Source of the DNA: Acidobacteriota bacterium
Lineage (GTDB): Bacteria; Acidobacteriota; JAAYUB01
Reading direction: 5' to 3'
DNA: 64,000 nt
Assembly: GCA_018001935.1 (NCBI GenBank)
Contig: JAGNHB010000024.1
Span: forward strand, 8,511-72,510
The notes beneath the pieces were generated by a model. That model was given only the letters and a program-made list of their open reading frames with translations, did no database searches and was not told the origin of the DNA. This document shows, in pieces, positions 1 to 8,099 of this stretch (within the stretch, counting starts at the first letter, position 1; each line of letters opens with the position of its first letter). Made by a program: the position numbers and the translations under genes.

Positions 1-248
1 GTGGCGCCGTCCGGGAAGGCCGGCTCCTGGGCCACGAAGGCGGCCCGCGCCAGCTTCCGGCAGGCCACCTCCCCCGCGTCGGGAGGCTGACGCTGGGCCA
101 GGATCTCCAGGAGCGTGCTCTTCCCCGCGCCGTTGGGCCCAATCAGGGCGTGCCGCTCCCCGTCCGAGACGGTGAGGGAGAGGTCGCTGAAGAGCGGCCG
201 CGCGCCGAACTGTTTCGATATCCCGTTGACGGACAGCAAAAGGGCCAT
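1..248 (-). CDS. ABC-F family ATP-binding cassette protein, N-terminal fragment (C-terminus lies beyond the window start)
   Basis: Reverse-strand translation from the ATG at 246-248 reads MALLLSVNGISKQFGARPLFSDLSLTVSDGERHALIGPNGAGKSTLLEILAQRQPPDAGEV..AFVAQEPAF. It has a Walker A motif (GPNGAGKST) and the ABC-F-like 'AFVAQE' segment. It is absent from the ORF track only because it is truncated by the window edge. Confidence 0.7.
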   Translation of the reverse strand, partial: MALLLSVNGISKQFGARPLFSDLSLTVSDGERHALIGPNGAGKSTLLEILAQRQPPDAGEVACRKLARAAFVAQEPAFPDGA

Positions 249-665
249 GGGGTCTCTTTCGGAAAGCCTCGATTTCCTGCCGGCGGCAAGGAGGTCTATC
301 TTAGACCGGATCCGGCGGCTGTCAAGCCTCGATACCGCTTTGGGCTCCCGGGAGAAATCGGATGACTTGCGGCGAAGGGATCGCGCAGGGGGAAGGAAAC
401 CCGGCAGGATGTAAAGTCGGTTCCCGGTGGTCCCGGACGTCCCCTGGAGATAGCGGGGGTAGCCCCTGATCCGCCCGTCGGCGACGTTGACGCCCTCCCG
501 CCCAAGGGTTAATCGAAATCTCCGCAGTCCGTAAAGCACTTTCTGAAAAGTGACACGGTCGTAAAAAGCCCGGATGAGTGTTAAACTCTCGTCCGGCACC
601 GCAGCGTGTGCGGCGGGGCTCCCGGCCGCGCCCGCCTGCGGCCAAACCACCCCGAGGAGGGCGAC

Positions 666-1376
666 ATGAACGACCCCGACCGGATCGCGCCGGGCGACGA
701 CCTGGCCCACATCGGGCGGACACGCTCCCTGACCAGTCACCCGCCTTCCACGGAGGGGTCTCCTTTCCCCCTCGAGATCGTCCAGGGGCCGGCCCGATCC
801 GACTTGGGGACCCTCGTGGTCCCCGGCCTGGTCCGGAACCTGTCCGACCGCTGGGTCGCCGTGTCCCTGCGGGTGCACCTTTACGACGGGGGCGGGCGGG
901 AGCTGAATGCCACCCTGTCCACCGGGCGGCCCTTCACCGCCACCCCGCTCAACTTCACCCTGCCGCCCTTCGGCAGCGGCCCGTTCCTGGGGGTCACCGA
1001 CGAGTCGGACGTGGAGGGCCTCGCGGCCTCCTGCCGGCTGACGGTGTACAGCTGCGAGGAGGCCCGGCGGCGACCGCGGGCGGAACTGCGGGACGTCGTC
1101 ATCGAACTAGGCGACGACGCCCGGGCCACCGGGCTTTACGTCAACACCGGGAACGAGGACTGCCTCTACCCTTCCGTCGTCGGGGCGGGGTACACCGCCG
1201 ACGGGGCGCTGTTCACGGCGGACGTGACGGCGCTGGGAGACGACGAGGGGAACGCGCTCCCGGCCCTGCCGCCCGGCCAGGCCCGCCCCTTCGTCTTCAG
1301 CTTCTCAACCCTCCTCGAAACCGGCATGCTGACCCGGCTGGAGCTGGTGCCCGGCTACGATTCGAAGACCGTGTGA
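666..1376 (+). CDS. hypothetical protein
   Basis: ORF 606..1376, start moved to the in-frame ATG (MNDPDRIAPGDD...). Third codon positions are strongly G/C, as in the clearly real genes here. No recognisable motif. Convergent with the deaminase gene, 16 nt apart. Confidence 0.5.
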   Translation: MNDPDRIAPGDDLAHIGRTRSLTSHPPSTEGSPFPLEIVQGPARSDLGTLVVPGLVRNLSDRWVAVSLRVHLYDGGGRELNATLSTGRPFTATPLNFTLPPFGSGPFLGVTDESDVEGLAASCRLTVYSCEEARRRPRAELRDVVIELGDDARATGLYVNTGNEDCLYPSVVGAGYTADGALFTADVTALGDDEGNALPALPPGQARPFVFSFSTLLETGMLTRLELVPGYDSKTV

Positions 1377-1391
1377 TGGGTGAACCCCGTC

Positions 1392-2837
1392 TCATGCCGG
1401 GCCATTCGACGGGGAAACGGGCCCGGGGTCGAGCGGGCCCCTCCCCGGTGACGCCGCCTCCCAGGCCTCCCAGAACGGGCCCCCCAGGGAGTGGATACGG
1501 ATGTGGCCGCGCTCGGAGAGGGAGTTGAGGATCTTCGTCCGCTCCTTCTGGTACTGGCCCATGGGGTAGAAGTCGAGGATCCCGTTCTCGAAGAGGATGG
1601 AGGTGCAGCGCTCACAGGGCTCGATGGTGGTCACCGAAACCGTGCGGATCGACCGGGGGCGGTGCTTGCGCGTCACCTGGCGATAGAAGACCTCCCGAAT
1701 GGAGGCGTCGTGATAGTAGCCCTGGTAGCAGTCGATCTCGGCGCACGGCGAGTAGCACAGGCGGTCGTCCTTGGCCCCGTAGCGTCGCTTGTTGCAGAAG
1801 CTGCGGTCGCAGCTCCAGTCCATCAGCCCGCTCTTGAACCCGTTGTACCCGACGGAGCGGATCTTTCCCGGGGCATTGTTCCCGCCGTCCCCGGAGCGCT
1901 CCTCCTCCTCGTCGTCGTAGAGGTCCAGCAGGACCGCGCCCACCTTGCGCTTGAGGCAGTTGGCCCGCAGCCGGGAGAGGATGGCCACCAGGCCGGCGAA
2001 CTCGATCTCCGGGACCTCGGGGTGGATGCAGACCCTCCCCTGGAAGGGGTTGGACCACGGCCCCGCCCCCGGGTCCCCGTCCTCGACGGTCTGCGAGAGG
2101 TCCTCCGGGGACCAGAAGCCCTCCGGGACCCTCGCTTCGGGGGCCATCCGGGCCACCAGGGAGCGGTAGTCCCAGAAGCCGTTGGGCACTTTCTCCACCC
2201 GGGGCCGGTCCCCCATGATCCGCAGCACCTCCCGCTCCACCGGCCCCAGGGAGCCGTGGTAGTACAGGATCTTCCCGATCTGCCGGTTTTCCCCCTGCAG
2301 GAGCAGAAAGCGCTGGGGCGCGCGCAGGGTCAGCAGCACGCCGCCCCGGGTCATGGAGATCGGGAAGTTCAGCAGCAGGGAGGAGCCCGTGATGTACTCC
2401 GTGCCCATCTCCCGGCTGTTGTAGTCGAAGCCGAGGATGTGGCTCTGGTCGCCGCCCGAGAGCAGCACCGCGGCGTCGCCCCGGGGCGATCGCTTCGCCA
2501 TGGCGAAGAGGATCAGCATGAGCAGCTCGATCTTGCTGGGGCGGCCGATCCGGTTCCAGGGCGTCGGGTCCGGGTCCTGGCCCACGGCGCAGCGCTGGTG
2601 GTAGGGAACGATGCCCCCGAAGGCCTCGAGGGCGTGAAGGGTCTGGTAGATCTCCTCGCGGGCGGCCTCGTAGCGCGACCCCGGCGCGAGGCCGCAGAGC
2701 ATGCGGTAGCCCTCCTCGTTCTGCCGCTGCAGCAGCTGGTGGAAGGGGTAGTAACCCTGTTCGTCCAGGAGGGCATTCATGTCCCGGAACGGGTCGGCCT
2801 TTTCACCGGTCGTCATGGTCACCTCGCCTGAAGTCAT
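1392..2837 (-). CDS. dCMP/cytidine-deaminase-domain protein with a roughly 290-aa uncharacterised N-terminal region
   Basis: The ORF track's 650-aa ORF has an Arg-rich spurious 5' extension; the plausible start is MTSGEVTMTTGEK at 2837 (or the M at 2816). The C-terminal ~180 aa carry deoxycytidylate-deaminase signatures: KVGAVLLD, GYNGFKSG, a zinc motif C-A-E (SPCAEID, Cys in place of the usual His, as in tetrameric cytidine deaminases) and PCERC, plus the extra Cys cluster CDRSFC. The N-terminal part has no Walker A, Nudix, HD or methyltransferase motif that I can see. Confidence 0.65.
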   Translation of the reverse strand: MTSGEVTMTTGEKADPFRDMNALLDEQGYYPFHQLLQRQNEEGYRMLCGLAPGSRYEAAREEIYQTLHALEAFGGIVPYHQRCAVGQDPDPTPWNRIGRPSKIELLMLILFAMAKRSPRGDAAVLLSGGDQSHILGFDYNSREMGTEYITGSSLLLNFPISMTRGGVLLTLRAPQRFLLLQGENRQIGKILYYHGSLGPVEREVLRIMGDRPRVEKVPNGFWDYRSLVARMAPEARVPEGFWSPEDLSQTVEDGDPGAGPWSNPFQGRVCIHPEVPEIEFAGLVAILSRLRANCLKRKVGAVLLDLYDDEEEERSGDGGNNAPGKIRSVGYNGFKSGLMDWSCDRSFCNKRRYGAKDDRLCYSPCAEIDCYQGYYHDASIREVFYRQVTRKHRPRSIRTVSVTTIEPCERCTSILFENGILDFYPMGQYQKERTKILNSLSERGHIRIHSLGGPFWEAWEAASPGRGPLDPGPVSPSNGPA

Positions 2838-2940
2838 TGTCGGGCGGCAACCGGGTACGTCCGCCTCGCCGCTTTGAAACCGGAGCGCCCTCGCGCTTCG
2901 CCCCGCCTGCCGCCTCCGGTTGCCCCGCCCGCTCCCTGTC

Positions 2941-2982
2941 CTTTCCGTCCTTTGGGTCGTTTTGGTCCTTTCGTCCTTTAGC
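2941..2982. repeat. family F5: GTCCTTT / AAAGGAC heptamer array
   Basis: CTTTCCGTCCTTTGGGTCGTTTTGGTCCTTTCGTCCTTTAG, located ~75 nt 3' of the parC stop. Related arrays at 49509..49585, 49756..49800 and 62419..62490. Confidence 0.7.
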
Positions 2983-3057
2983 GACCGCTCGAGGCCGCTC
3001 GGAGACCCGCCCCCCGGCACCGGGGCAACACCACGCAGCGCTTCACCCCAGGGAACC

Positions 3058-5838
3058 TCACTCGTCCAGGGGGAACAGGGAGAGCTGGTGGGGGTGGGCG
3101 GCGGGGTGCGGCGCCTCCGCCGCCGCCGGTTCTTCCGCCCCCAGGTCCTCCGGCGAGGGTGCCGCGCTTGCCCGGGGCGCTTCCGGGGCCCTTGTTTCGG
3201 CCGCATCGGGGGCACCGGCAAGCGCGGGGTTTTCGCCTTCGGCCTCCGTCCCGAACTCATCGCCACCCGGCAGTCCGTCCTCATCGGGCCCCGTCGGGGC
3301 TTCCTCGACGGGGAGCGGCTCCAGCGGGAGGACCTCCTCGACAACGGCCGGGCTGAGGCGCCGGCCGTGGGCCTTCCAGCTCTTGACGCCGATGAAGCCG
3401 GACAGCTCGACCTCCTCCTCGACGCCCGCCTTGCGCCCGCCGAAGACGAGCCTCACCCGCGGGAAGGCGTCGCCGGAGACCGTCACCAGCACGGACTCGG
3501 GGTGGTCGCCGATGAAGCGCACCAGCTTCTCGGTGGGCTCCACCGGGAAACGCTTGACGTAGTAGAAGCCGTCCTCGCCCTCCCGGTAGACGGCGGTGTA
3601 CACCTTCTCCGGGTCGTACTTCTCGACGAGGGTGACGTCCGCCTCGTAGTGGTTGGCGAGATCGAAGTTGGTGGTGGTGTAGAGGCCCGACCGCGTGAAG
3701 GCCGCGATGCGGTCGTCGCCGGAGAAGTCGCCCAGGAGCCGGCCGCGGCCGTCGGCGTTGAGGCGCACCACGTCCGGGTCGAACCAGATGGGCCGGCCGC
3801 CCAGGGTGGAGACCCCGGTCTCCTTCAGGGCGACCCGGGCCACCGGGTGCTTCGTGACCAGGTTCCCCCTGGACGCGCGCCCCTTGATGGCCACGGCGCT
3901 GAAGTCGACGTTGAAGTGGAGTTTTCGCAGCAGCGGCTGCGGCTTGAGGGAGACGGTGACGGTCTCCGCCTCGCCGTTGGCGTTGGCGGTGAGGTAGAGC
4001 ACCTGGCTCCCCGGCGTGCCCTGGCCCAGGTCGTACTCCTTGTCCCGGGTCACGCCGGTCACGGCGAAACGCTTGATGAAGGCGGGGCCGGTCTTGCCGT
4101 CCCGGTAGATGGCGTTGTAGATGGTCCGCTCGTCGTTCTTCTGGAAGACGCCCACGTGGACGATGTCCGGGCCGACGAAGGCCTTCTCGGCCACCTTCGT
4201 CACCACGTACCGTCCGTCCTTGAGGAAGACGATGATGTCGTCGAGGCCCGAGCACTCGGAGACGAACTCGTCCTTCTTCAGGCCGGTGCCCACGAAGCCT
4301 TCCTTCCGGTTCACGTAGAGCTTCTCGTTGGCCAGCACCACCTTGGCCGCCTCGATGACGTCGAAGCCCCGCAGCTCGGTGCGGCGCTGGCGCCCCTTGC
4401 CGTACTTCTCCCGGATCCGTTCGTAGTACGCGACGGCGTACGCCACCAGGTGGCCCAGGTGGTGGTCGACCTGCTCCATCTCCGCCTCCACGGCCCGGAT
4501 GTGTTCGTCGGCCCGGAAAGCGTCGTAGCGGGAGATCCGCTTGATCTTGATCTCGGTGAGGGCGGCGAGGTCCTCGGCGGTCACCGCCCGCCGCAGGCGC
4601 TTCTTGTAGGGCTCGAGCCCCACATCGATGGTCTCCAGGATGGACTCCCAGGTCTCGCACTTCTCGATGCGCTGGTAGATCCTCTTCTCGATGAAGATCT
4701 TTTCCAGCGAGGAGCGGTGCCAGTCGTCCTCCAGTTCCTCCCGGCGGATCCGCAGCTCCTGCTCCAGCAGGCGGACCGTGTTCTCCACGGAGATCTTCAG
4801 GACCTCCTTCACGCCCAGGAACCGGGGCTTGTCGTCGTGGATCACGCAGCAGTTGACGGAGACGGACACCTCGCAGTCGGTGAAGGCGTAGAGGCCGTCG
4901 ATCGTCAGGTCGGGCGACGTCCCCGGGACGAGGTGGACCAGGATCTCCACGTTCTCGGCCGTGTTGTCGTCGATCTTGCGGATCTTGATCTTCCCCTTCT
5001 CGTTGGCCGCCAGGATGGAGTCGATGAGCGACGAGGTGGTCTTGCCGCAGGGGAGTTCGGTGATGACCAGGGTCTTCTTGTCCAGCTTGGCGATCCGGGC
5101 GCGGGAACGGACGCGCCCCCCCTGCTGGCCGTCGTTGTAGCGGCTGCAGTCGGCCAGGCCGCCGGTGGGGAAGTCGGGGAGCAGTTCAAAGGGCCGCCCC
5201 TGCAGGTGGGCGATGCAGGCGTCGATCAGCTCGCTGAAGTTGTGGGGGAGGATCTTGGAGGAGAGCCCCACGGCGATCCCCTCGGCGCCCTGGGCCAGCA
5301 GCAGCGGGAACTTGACGGGCAGGAGGACCGGCTCCTTGTTCCGGCCGTCGTAGGAGAGCTTCCAGTCGGTGGTCTTGGGGTTGAACACCGTCTCCAGGGC
5401 GAACTTCGAGAGTCTCGCCTCGATGTAGCGCGGGGCGGCGGCGCCGTCGCCGGTGTAGACGTTGCCCCAGTTGCCCTGGGTGTCCACGAGCAGGCCCTTC
5501 TGCCCCAGGGCCACCAGGGCGTCGCCGATGGAGGCGTCCCCATGGGGGTGGTACTGCATGGTGTAGCCGATGACGTTGGCCACCTTGTTGTAACGGCCGT
5601 CGTCCAGGCGCTTCATGGCGTGCAGGATCCGCCGCTGCACCGGCTTGAGGCCGTCCGTCAGGTGGGGGACGGCGCGCTCCAGGATCACGTAGGACGCGTA
5701 GTCTAAGAACCAGCCCTCGTACAGGCCGGCGATGGGGCGCAGGTGGTGGAGCGCCGCCCCGGGCGCGACGGCGTCGGCCGGCCCGCCGTTTTCGGGTTCG
5801 AGGGTTTCCAGGCCGCCGTTATCCAGTTCTTCGCTCAT
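3058..5838 (-). CDS. parC: DNA topoisomerase IV subunit A (ParC/GyrA family) with a long acidic, Pro/Ala-rich C-terminal tail
   Basis: WFLDYASYVILERAVPHLTDGLKPVQRRILHAM and YHPHGDASI are type IIA topoisomerase A-subunit motifs, and there is no GyrA-box. Start taken at MSEELDNGG (ATG immediately after the parE stop, TAAGATG). The last ~110 aa are low complexity (EEAPTGPDEDGLPGGDEFGTEAEGE...AAEAPHPAAHP). Confidence 0.85.
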   Translation of the reverse strand: MSEELDNGGLETLEPENGGPADAVAPGAALHHLRPIAGLYEGWFLDYASYVILERAVPHLTDGLKPVQRRILHAMKRLDDGRYNKVANVIGYTMQYHPHGDASIGDALVALGQKGLLVDTQGNWGNVYTGDGAAAPRYIEARLSKFALETVFNPKTTDWKLSYDGRNKEPVLLPVKFPLLLAQGAEGIAVGLSSKILPHNFSELIDACIAHLQGRPFELLPDFPTGGLADCSRYNDGQQGGRVRSRARIAKLDKKTLVITELPCGKTTSSLIDSILAANEKGKIKIRKIDDNTAENVEILVHLVPGTSPDLTIDGLYAFTDCEVSVSVNCCVIHDDKPRFLGVKEVLKISVENTVRLLEQELRIRREELEDDWHRSSLEKIFIEKRIYQRIEKCETWESILETIDVGLEPYKKRLRRAVTAEDLAALTEIKIKRISRYDAFRADEHIRAVEAEMEQVDHHLGHLVAYAVAYYERIREKYGKGRQRRTELRGFDVIEAAKVVLANEKLYVNRKEGFVGTGLKKDEFVSECSGLDDIIVFLKDGRYVVTKVAEKAFVGPDIVHVGVFQKNDERTIYNAIYRDGKTGPAFIKRFAVTGVTRDKEYDLGQGTPGSQVLYLTANANGEAETVTVSLKPQPLLRKLHFNVDFSAVAIKGRASRGNLVTKHPVARVALKETGVSTLGGRPIWFDPDVVRLNADGRGRLLGDFSGDDRIAAFTRSGLYTTTNFDLANHYEADVTLVEKYDPEKVYTAVYREGEDGFYYVKRFPVEPTEKLVRFIGDHPESVLVTVSGDAFPRVRLVFGGRKAGVEEEVELSGFIGVKSWKAHGRRLSPAVVEEVLPLEPLPVEEAPTGPDEDGLPGGDEFGTEAEGENPALAGAPDAAETRAPEAPRASAAPSPEDLGAEEPAAAEAPHPAAHPHQLSLFPLDE

Positions 5839-5839
5839 C

Positions 5840-7717
5840 TTACGCCGTCTCTTCCAGGGGTTTGACATCCGTGCCGTCCGCCTCGACCCGGTCTTCCTCC
5901 ACCTTCAGGTTGTCGATGATGAAGACCTGGCGCTCCGGGGTGTTCTTCCCCATGTAGAAGTCCAGCATCCGGGCGACGGCGTCGTCCTTGCGCAGCACCA
6001 CCGGCTCCAGCCGCATGGCGGCGCCGATGAAGTGCTTGAACTCCTCGGGGGAGATCTCCCCCAGGCCCTTGAACCGGGTGATCTCGGGGTTGGGGCCGCA
6101 GGCTTCCACGGCGGCGCGCTTCTCCTCCTCCGAGTAGCAGTAGAGGGTCCGCTTCTTGTTCCGGACCCGGAAGAGGGGCGTTTGGAGGATGTGCAGGTGG
6201 CCGCGCTTCACCAGTTCGGGGAAGAAGTTGAGGAAGAAGGTGATGAGCAGCAGGCGGATGTGCATGCCGTCCACGTCCGCGTCGGTGGCGATGACGATGT
6301 TGTTGTAGCGCAGGTCGTCCAGGCTCTCCTCGATGTTGAGCGCCGCCTGGAGGAGGTTGAACTCCTCGTTCTGGTAGACCACCTTCCGGTCCATGCCGTA
6401 GGTGTTCAGCGGCTTGCCCTTGAGGCTGAAGACGGCCTGGGTGCTCACGTCCCGCGCCGTGGTGATGGAGCCGCTGGCCGAGTCGCCCTCGGTGATGAAG
6501 AGGGTGGTGGCCATGCGGTCCTCGTGGTTGGAGTCGAAGTGGACCTTGCAGTCCCGCAGCTTCCGGTTGTGCAGGCTGGCCTGTCGGGCCCGCTCCCGCG
6601 CCAGCTTCTTGATGCCCGCCAGGCTCCGGCGCTCCCGCTCCGACTCCTGGATCTTCTTCAGCAGCGCCTCGGCGGTGTCGGGGTTGCGGTGGAGGAAGTT
6701 GTCCAGCTCGGTCTTGAGGAAGTCGCCGACGAAGTTGCGCACCGTCGGCCCCTCCGGGCCCATGTCCTTCGACCCCAGCTTGGTCTTGGTCTGGGACTCG
6801 AAGACCGGCTCCTCGATCTTGAGGGCAAGGGCGGCGATGGTGGAGGTCCGGATGTCGGCGATGTCGAAATCCTTCTTGTAGAAGTCGCGGAGCGTCTTCA
6901 CGATCGCCTCCCGGAAGGCCTGCAGGTGGGTGCCGCCCTGGGTGGTGTACTGGCCGTTCACGAAGGTGTAGTACTCCTCGCCGTACTGGGTGCCGTGGGT
7001 CAGGGCGATCTCGATGTCGTCTCCCTTCAGGTGGATGACGGGGTAGAGGCCGGGGGCGCCCATGTTGGCCGTCAGCAGGTCCAGCAGCCCGTTCTTCGAC
7101 TGGAACCGCCGGCCGTTCAGCTGGATGACCAGCCCGGCGTTGAGGTGGGCGTAGTTCTGGACCTGGGCCTCGATGTACTCCGCCAGGAAGTGGTAGTGCC
7201 CGAAGAGTTCGGGGTCGGGCTCGAAGACGATCTCCGTCCCCGTCGGCTCCCCGGAGGGCTGAAGGTCGTGCTCCCGGACCAGCTCGCCCCGCACAAACTC
7301 CGCCGCCTTGACCTGCCCCTCCCGGAAGGCCCGGATCGCGAACTCGGTGGAGAGCGCGTTCACCGCCTTGATGCCCACGCCGTTGAGCCCGACGCACTTC
7401 TTGAAGACCTTGGAGTCGTACTTGGCGCCGGTGTTCATCCGGGAGGCCACCTCCACCACCTTGCCCAGCGGCACGCCCCGGCCGAAGTCCCGCACCCGCA
7501 CCGAGCGGTCGGCCACCGTCACCACGATCTTCTTGCCGAACCCCATCATGTACTCGTCGATGGCGTTGTCGATCACTTCCTTGACCAGGACGTAGATGCC
7601 GTCGTCGGGGGAGGTGCCGTCGCCCAGCTTGCCGATGTACATCCCCGGCCGCTTGCGGATGTGCTCCTTCCACTCCAGGGTGATGATGCTTTCCTCGGTG
7701 TATGCGAACTCCGTCAT
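5840..7717 (-). CDS. parE: DNA topoisomerase IV subunit B (ParE)
   Basis: The N-terminus [29 protein letters not shown] and GHKL ATPase and TOPRIM motifs match a type IIA topoisomerase B subunit. The 625-aa length is typical of ParE rather than GyrB. It lies directly upstream of, and co-oriented with, parC. Confidence 0.85.
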   Translation of the reverse strand: MTEFAYTEESIITLEWKEHIRKRPGMYIGKLGDGTSPDDGIYVLVKEVIDNAIDEYMMGFGKKIVVTVADRSVRVRDFGRGVPLGKVVEVASRMNTGAKYDSKVFKKCVGLNGVGIKAVNALSTEFAIRAFREGQVKAAEFVRGELVREHDLQPSGEPTGTEIVFEPDPELFGHYHFLAEYIEAQVQNYAHLNAGLVIQLNGRRFQSKNGLLDLLTANMGAPGLYPVIHLKGDDIEIALTHGTQYGEEYYTFVNGQYTTQGGTHLQAFREAIVKTLRDFYKKDFDIADIRTSTIAALALKIEEPVFESQTKTKLGSKDMGPEGPTVRNFVGDFLKTELDNFLHRNPDTAEALLKKIQESERERRSLAGIKKLARERARQASLHNRKLRDCKVHFDSNHEDRMATTLFITEGDSASGSITTARDVSTQAVFSLKGKPLNTYGMDRKVVYQNEEFNLLQAALNIEESLDDLRYNNIVIATDADVDGMHIRLLLITFFLNFFPELVKRGHLHILQTPLFRVRNKKRTLYCYSEEEKRAAVEACGPNPEITRFKGLGEISPEEFKHFIGAAMRLEPVVLRKDDAVARMLDFYMGKNTPERQVFIIDNLKVEEDRVEADGTDVKPLEETA

Positions 7718-7750
7718 TCCCTCACTCCAGCCCTGAAGAACCGGGTTTCA

Positions 7751-7790
7751 ACCACGAAATACACGAAATACACGGACAGGATCGACGAAC
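7751..7790. repeat. family F6 copy (AACCACGAAATACACGAAATACACGGACAGG) in the parE upstream region
   Basis: Identical 25-nt core to 37293..37317. Confidence 0.7.
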
Positions 7791-8099
7791 ACACAAACCG
7801 TGGCGCAGGCTCCAGCCTGCGCGGGTGGCAAAGGGTTTGCAAGTCGATGTTGGTGCATTTCGTATCTGTTGGCGAAACCATCGGGATTCGACACGGGGGT
7901 GGAACCGTCTCCGCCACGGCTCGGTTCCGCTGTGACCCGGTCGGGGTACGGGCGATTCCCCCGTTCGTTCGCGGTCACGCCACCCGCCCTGAAAACAAAA
8001 AGGTTGATTCAATCGGGCGATGACCGTCCGGCGCCCGCACACGAAATCCGGAGTATGGCAGAAACCGGGGATTTTCGAAAGGAAATTCCACGGGCCGGC

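Noticed and set aside
2920-5706. 928-aa plus-strand ORF, and similar long ORFs 5732..8023(+), 22104..25127(+), 26840..28852(+), 38454..40805(+), 39118..42090(-), 40905..43526(+) and 49743..51623(+)
   Set aside because: All lie antisense to, or frame-shifted against, well-supported genes (parC, parE, SNF2, phoR, folD/ymdB, the glycosyltransferases, ade). They have no start context or motifs and are Arg/Pro/Gly-rich GC-skew artefacts.
7718-8099. tRNA or small RNA gene in the parE upstream intergenic region
   Set aside because: There is no cloverleaf-compatible sequence (no GTTCGAATCC-type T-loop) and no CCA-proximal acceptor pairing. The region contains an F6 CACGAAAT repeat and short artefactual ORFs only.
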